Below are positions 61,306 through 64,000 of a DNA stretch of 64,000 nucleotides, in pieces. Position 1 is the first letter of the stretch. Each line of letters begins with the position of its first letter. Position numbers and translations under genes: made by a program. Under the pieces are notes generated by a model that made no database searches, was not told the DNA's origin, and saw only the letters and a list, made by a program, of their open reading frames with translations. This DNA comes from Octopus vulgaris (Eukaryota). The stretch is taken from contig OX597833.1 of the NCBI GenBank assembly GCA_951406725.2, positions 38,068,001 to 38,132,000 of the forward strand. Reading direction: 5' to 3'.

Positions 61306-64000
61306 TTGCTCATGAATTCTGCCAAATGCGAGCTTTCTTGTCAGGTACATGAAGCTACTGTCCACCGACGCAGGGTCTCTAGGACCCATACCTCCCACAC
61401 CCTCAGGGTTGGCACACTGAAAGGTAGGTCTGGCGAGATAGTTGAGATGCTTGAACGGAGACGTGTGGATATATGTTGTATGCAAGAAGTAAGGTGGAGA
61501 GGAGGTTCTGCTAGGTTCCTCACAGGCAAGGAACACAGGTACAAGATTTTCTGGGCAGGGAACACTGACGGGGTTGGAGGCGTGGGTATACTTATCGCTG
61601 AGAAATGAGTAGATAAAGTAATTGAGGTAATCAGAGTATGCGACAGAATACTTAAGATTAGATTAGCGCTTCATCATAGTTTAGCAACCATTATATCAGC
61701 CTATGCTCCTCAGTCGGGGCTACCTGATGGACAGAAAGACCGATTCTATGACACTCTACTGCAGACTACCTCGTTGACGAACGACAGAGACCTTCTCTTT
61801 GTGGCTGGTGACTTCAATGGTCACGTTGGACGACATGCTGGGGGCTTCCACGGCGTACATGGAGGCTATGGCTCTGGTTCCCGCAACGAGGAGGGAACCA
61901 GGCTGCTGGAGTTCTGCGATGCAAATAATCTTATGATTTGCAACACTAACTTCAGGAAACCTACCAGCCACCTAGTCACCTACCGATCGGGCCAACATAC
62001 CAGCCAAATTGACTACATCCTTGCCAGGCAAAGGGAGAGATGGCTAGTTATAAATGCCAAAACCTTCCCAGGCGAAGAATGCACCCCACAACATAGACTG
62101 GTAGTTAGTGACTTTAGGATCAGGAGTAGGAGGACAACCAGAAGACGACCAACATGGAGAAGAAGGATCTGGAAGCTTAAGGATCCTGTGAATGGACAGA
62201 GATTTAGAAACATGTTACTTGAAGCCTTTGACGAAGTAGAAGGGGATAGTGTATCACATGGGGTAGAGGACAACTGGACGTTTCTAAGGGACAACCTGCT
62301 GAGAGCCACTGACCAGATCTGTGGCTGGTGCAAAGTCCCCTCTCGTCCCAAGGTAACGTGGTGGTGGAACAGTGTCGTAGACAGGGCTATTAGAGAAAAG
62401 AGACAGACTTGGAAGCACTGGAAGAATGGTGGTAGCAGGGAATTGTATCAGACTGCTAAAAGGGAAGCTAGGAGACAGGTCTATCTAGCCAGAGGGGAAG
62501 CAGATAAGAAAAAATTTGCCAATATTCTGCGCCGTGAGGACCAAAGACTGGAGGTGTTTCGCGTTGCAAGACAGTGTGTGAGAGAGAATTGTGATGTGGT
62601 GGGAGAGAAGTGTGTTCGCATGGAAGATGGTTCACTTGCGCTAAACGAGGATGCAAAGAGAGAGGCTTGGAGACGCCACTATGAAAGGTTGCTGAATAAA
62701 GAAAATGAATGGGATAAAGAGAGTCTGCCGAACGTTGACCCAACAGAGGGACCAGCTATCAGGGTTGATAGTTCCTTAGTAGCTAAGGCAATTAGAAGCA
62801 TGAAGACAGGGAAAGCCCCAGGCCCATCAGGTATCACTGCAGAGATGCTCGAAATATCTGGTAGTGTCGGCTATAGCCTAGTCACCTGTATAGTTAATCA
62901 GGTGATACATGAAGGAGTCATACCCAATTACTGGTGTAGCAGCATAATAGTCAACTGCTACAAAGGTAAAGGTGATGCCCTAGATACAAATAATTACAGA
63001 GGTATCAAGCTGTTGGATCAGGTGATGAAGGTTACAGAGAGGGTCATAAGCCAACTAATTAGAGAGAGAGTTAGTTTAGATGAGATGCAGTTTGGTTTCG
63101 TGCCAGGGAAAAGTACCACTGATGCTATATTCCTGGTAAGGCAGCTGCAGGAGAAATACCTAGCCAAAGATAAGGCCCTGTACCTGGCTTTTGTTGACAT
63201 GGAGAAAGCCTTCGACAGGGTCCCCCGATCCCTCATATGGTGGTCAATGAGGAAACTAGGAATAGAAGAATGGTTAGTGAGAGCTGTGCAAGCCATGTAC
63301 AGGGACGCTGCTAGTAAGGTGAGGGTTGGAAATGAGTACAGTGAAGAATTCCGGGTAGAGGTAGGGGTCCACCAAGGCTCAGTCCTCAGCCCCCTCCTAT
63401 TTATCATAGTCCTCCAGGCAATAACGGAGGAATTCAAGACAGGATGCCCCTGGGAGCTCCTCTATGCTGATGACCTTGCTCTAATTGCTGAGTCATTATC
63501 AGAACTGGAGAAGAAGTTTCAGGTGTGGAAGCATGGTTTAGAATCGAAGGGCCTTAGAGTCAACCTAGCTAAAACCAAAGTCCTAATAAGTAGGAAGGTA
63601 GACAAATCACAAACGCCTTCAGGTAGATGGCCCTGCTCGATCTGTAGAAAAGGTGTAGGTAGAAACTCTATAAGATGCACCAAGTGTAAGCTATGGACAC
63701 ATAAGAGGTGCAGCAATGTCATAGGAAGGCTAACTAGGAAGATGGTTTTTGTATGTGGCAGATGCTCGGGAGCATTAACCTCTGAAAATCTGCAGAAAAC
63801 AACTTCCGTCACTTTCCAGGGGGAAAAACTAGAAGTAGTTGATAGTTTCCGTTATCTTGGTGACCAAGTCAGTAGTGGGAGTGGGTGTGCTGAAAGTGTA
63901 ACGGCTAGAGTAAGAATAGCCTGGGCAAAGTTTAGGGAGCTCTTACCTCTGTTGGTGACTAAAGGCCTCTCGCTCAGAGTAAAAGGCAGACTGTATGATG
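61306..64000 (+). mobile_element. Near-intact RTE-type LINE ORF (APE endonuclease, RT, PHD finger), runs off the window, antisense in a CHEK1 intron
   Basis: One frame open from 61306 to 64000 except TGA at 61606-61608; ICCMQEVRW, SAYAPQ, GDFNGHVG, IDYIL, NYRGIKLL, FVDMEKAFD, GVHQGSVLSP, YADD (63463), FRYLG. Confidence 0.95.

Noticed and set aside
61231-61344. Intron in the LINE leader (AG|GTAAG … tttcttgtcag|)
   Set aside because: Splicing at the obvious donor leaves an in-frame TAG, and a retained intron in a retroposed copy is unlikely; unsupported without RNA data.

Overview
Repeat-dense, AT-rich animal genomic DNA. The SINE, RTE and microsatellite make-up strongly resembles octopus/coleoid cephalopod DNA (inferred, not database-checked). 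The only host gene I can support is CHEK1 (Chk1 kinase). Six 3' exons on the minus strand (57873 down to 50408) splice in frame and encode the end of the kinase domain, the SQ cluster and the KA1 domain; the rest of the kinase domain lies beyond the right edge. Everything else I recognise is transposon-derived. That includes a GC-rich, 5'-truncated RTE LINE with an intact 762-aa ORF (9.3-11.8 kb), and a nearly intact second RTE-type LINE (61.3-64 kb, antisense in a CHEK1 intron) with many fragments elsewhere. There are also mariner and Tigger/pogo relics, hAT, piggyBac, Merlin-like and Tc2-like MITEs, a small Helitron and at least six tRNA-derived SINE families. Most interesting: (1) a complete C4HC3 PHD finger sits inside the reverse transcriptase of the second LINE family; (2) that copy's only stop codon is a TGA at a Trp position; (3) the GC-rich RTE is a horizontal-transfer candidate; (4) three independent templated local duplications/inversions occur at TE junctions. 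Most short ORFs in the track are spurious. All calls are by eye, and repeat boundaries are approximate unless TIRs or TSDs are quoted.
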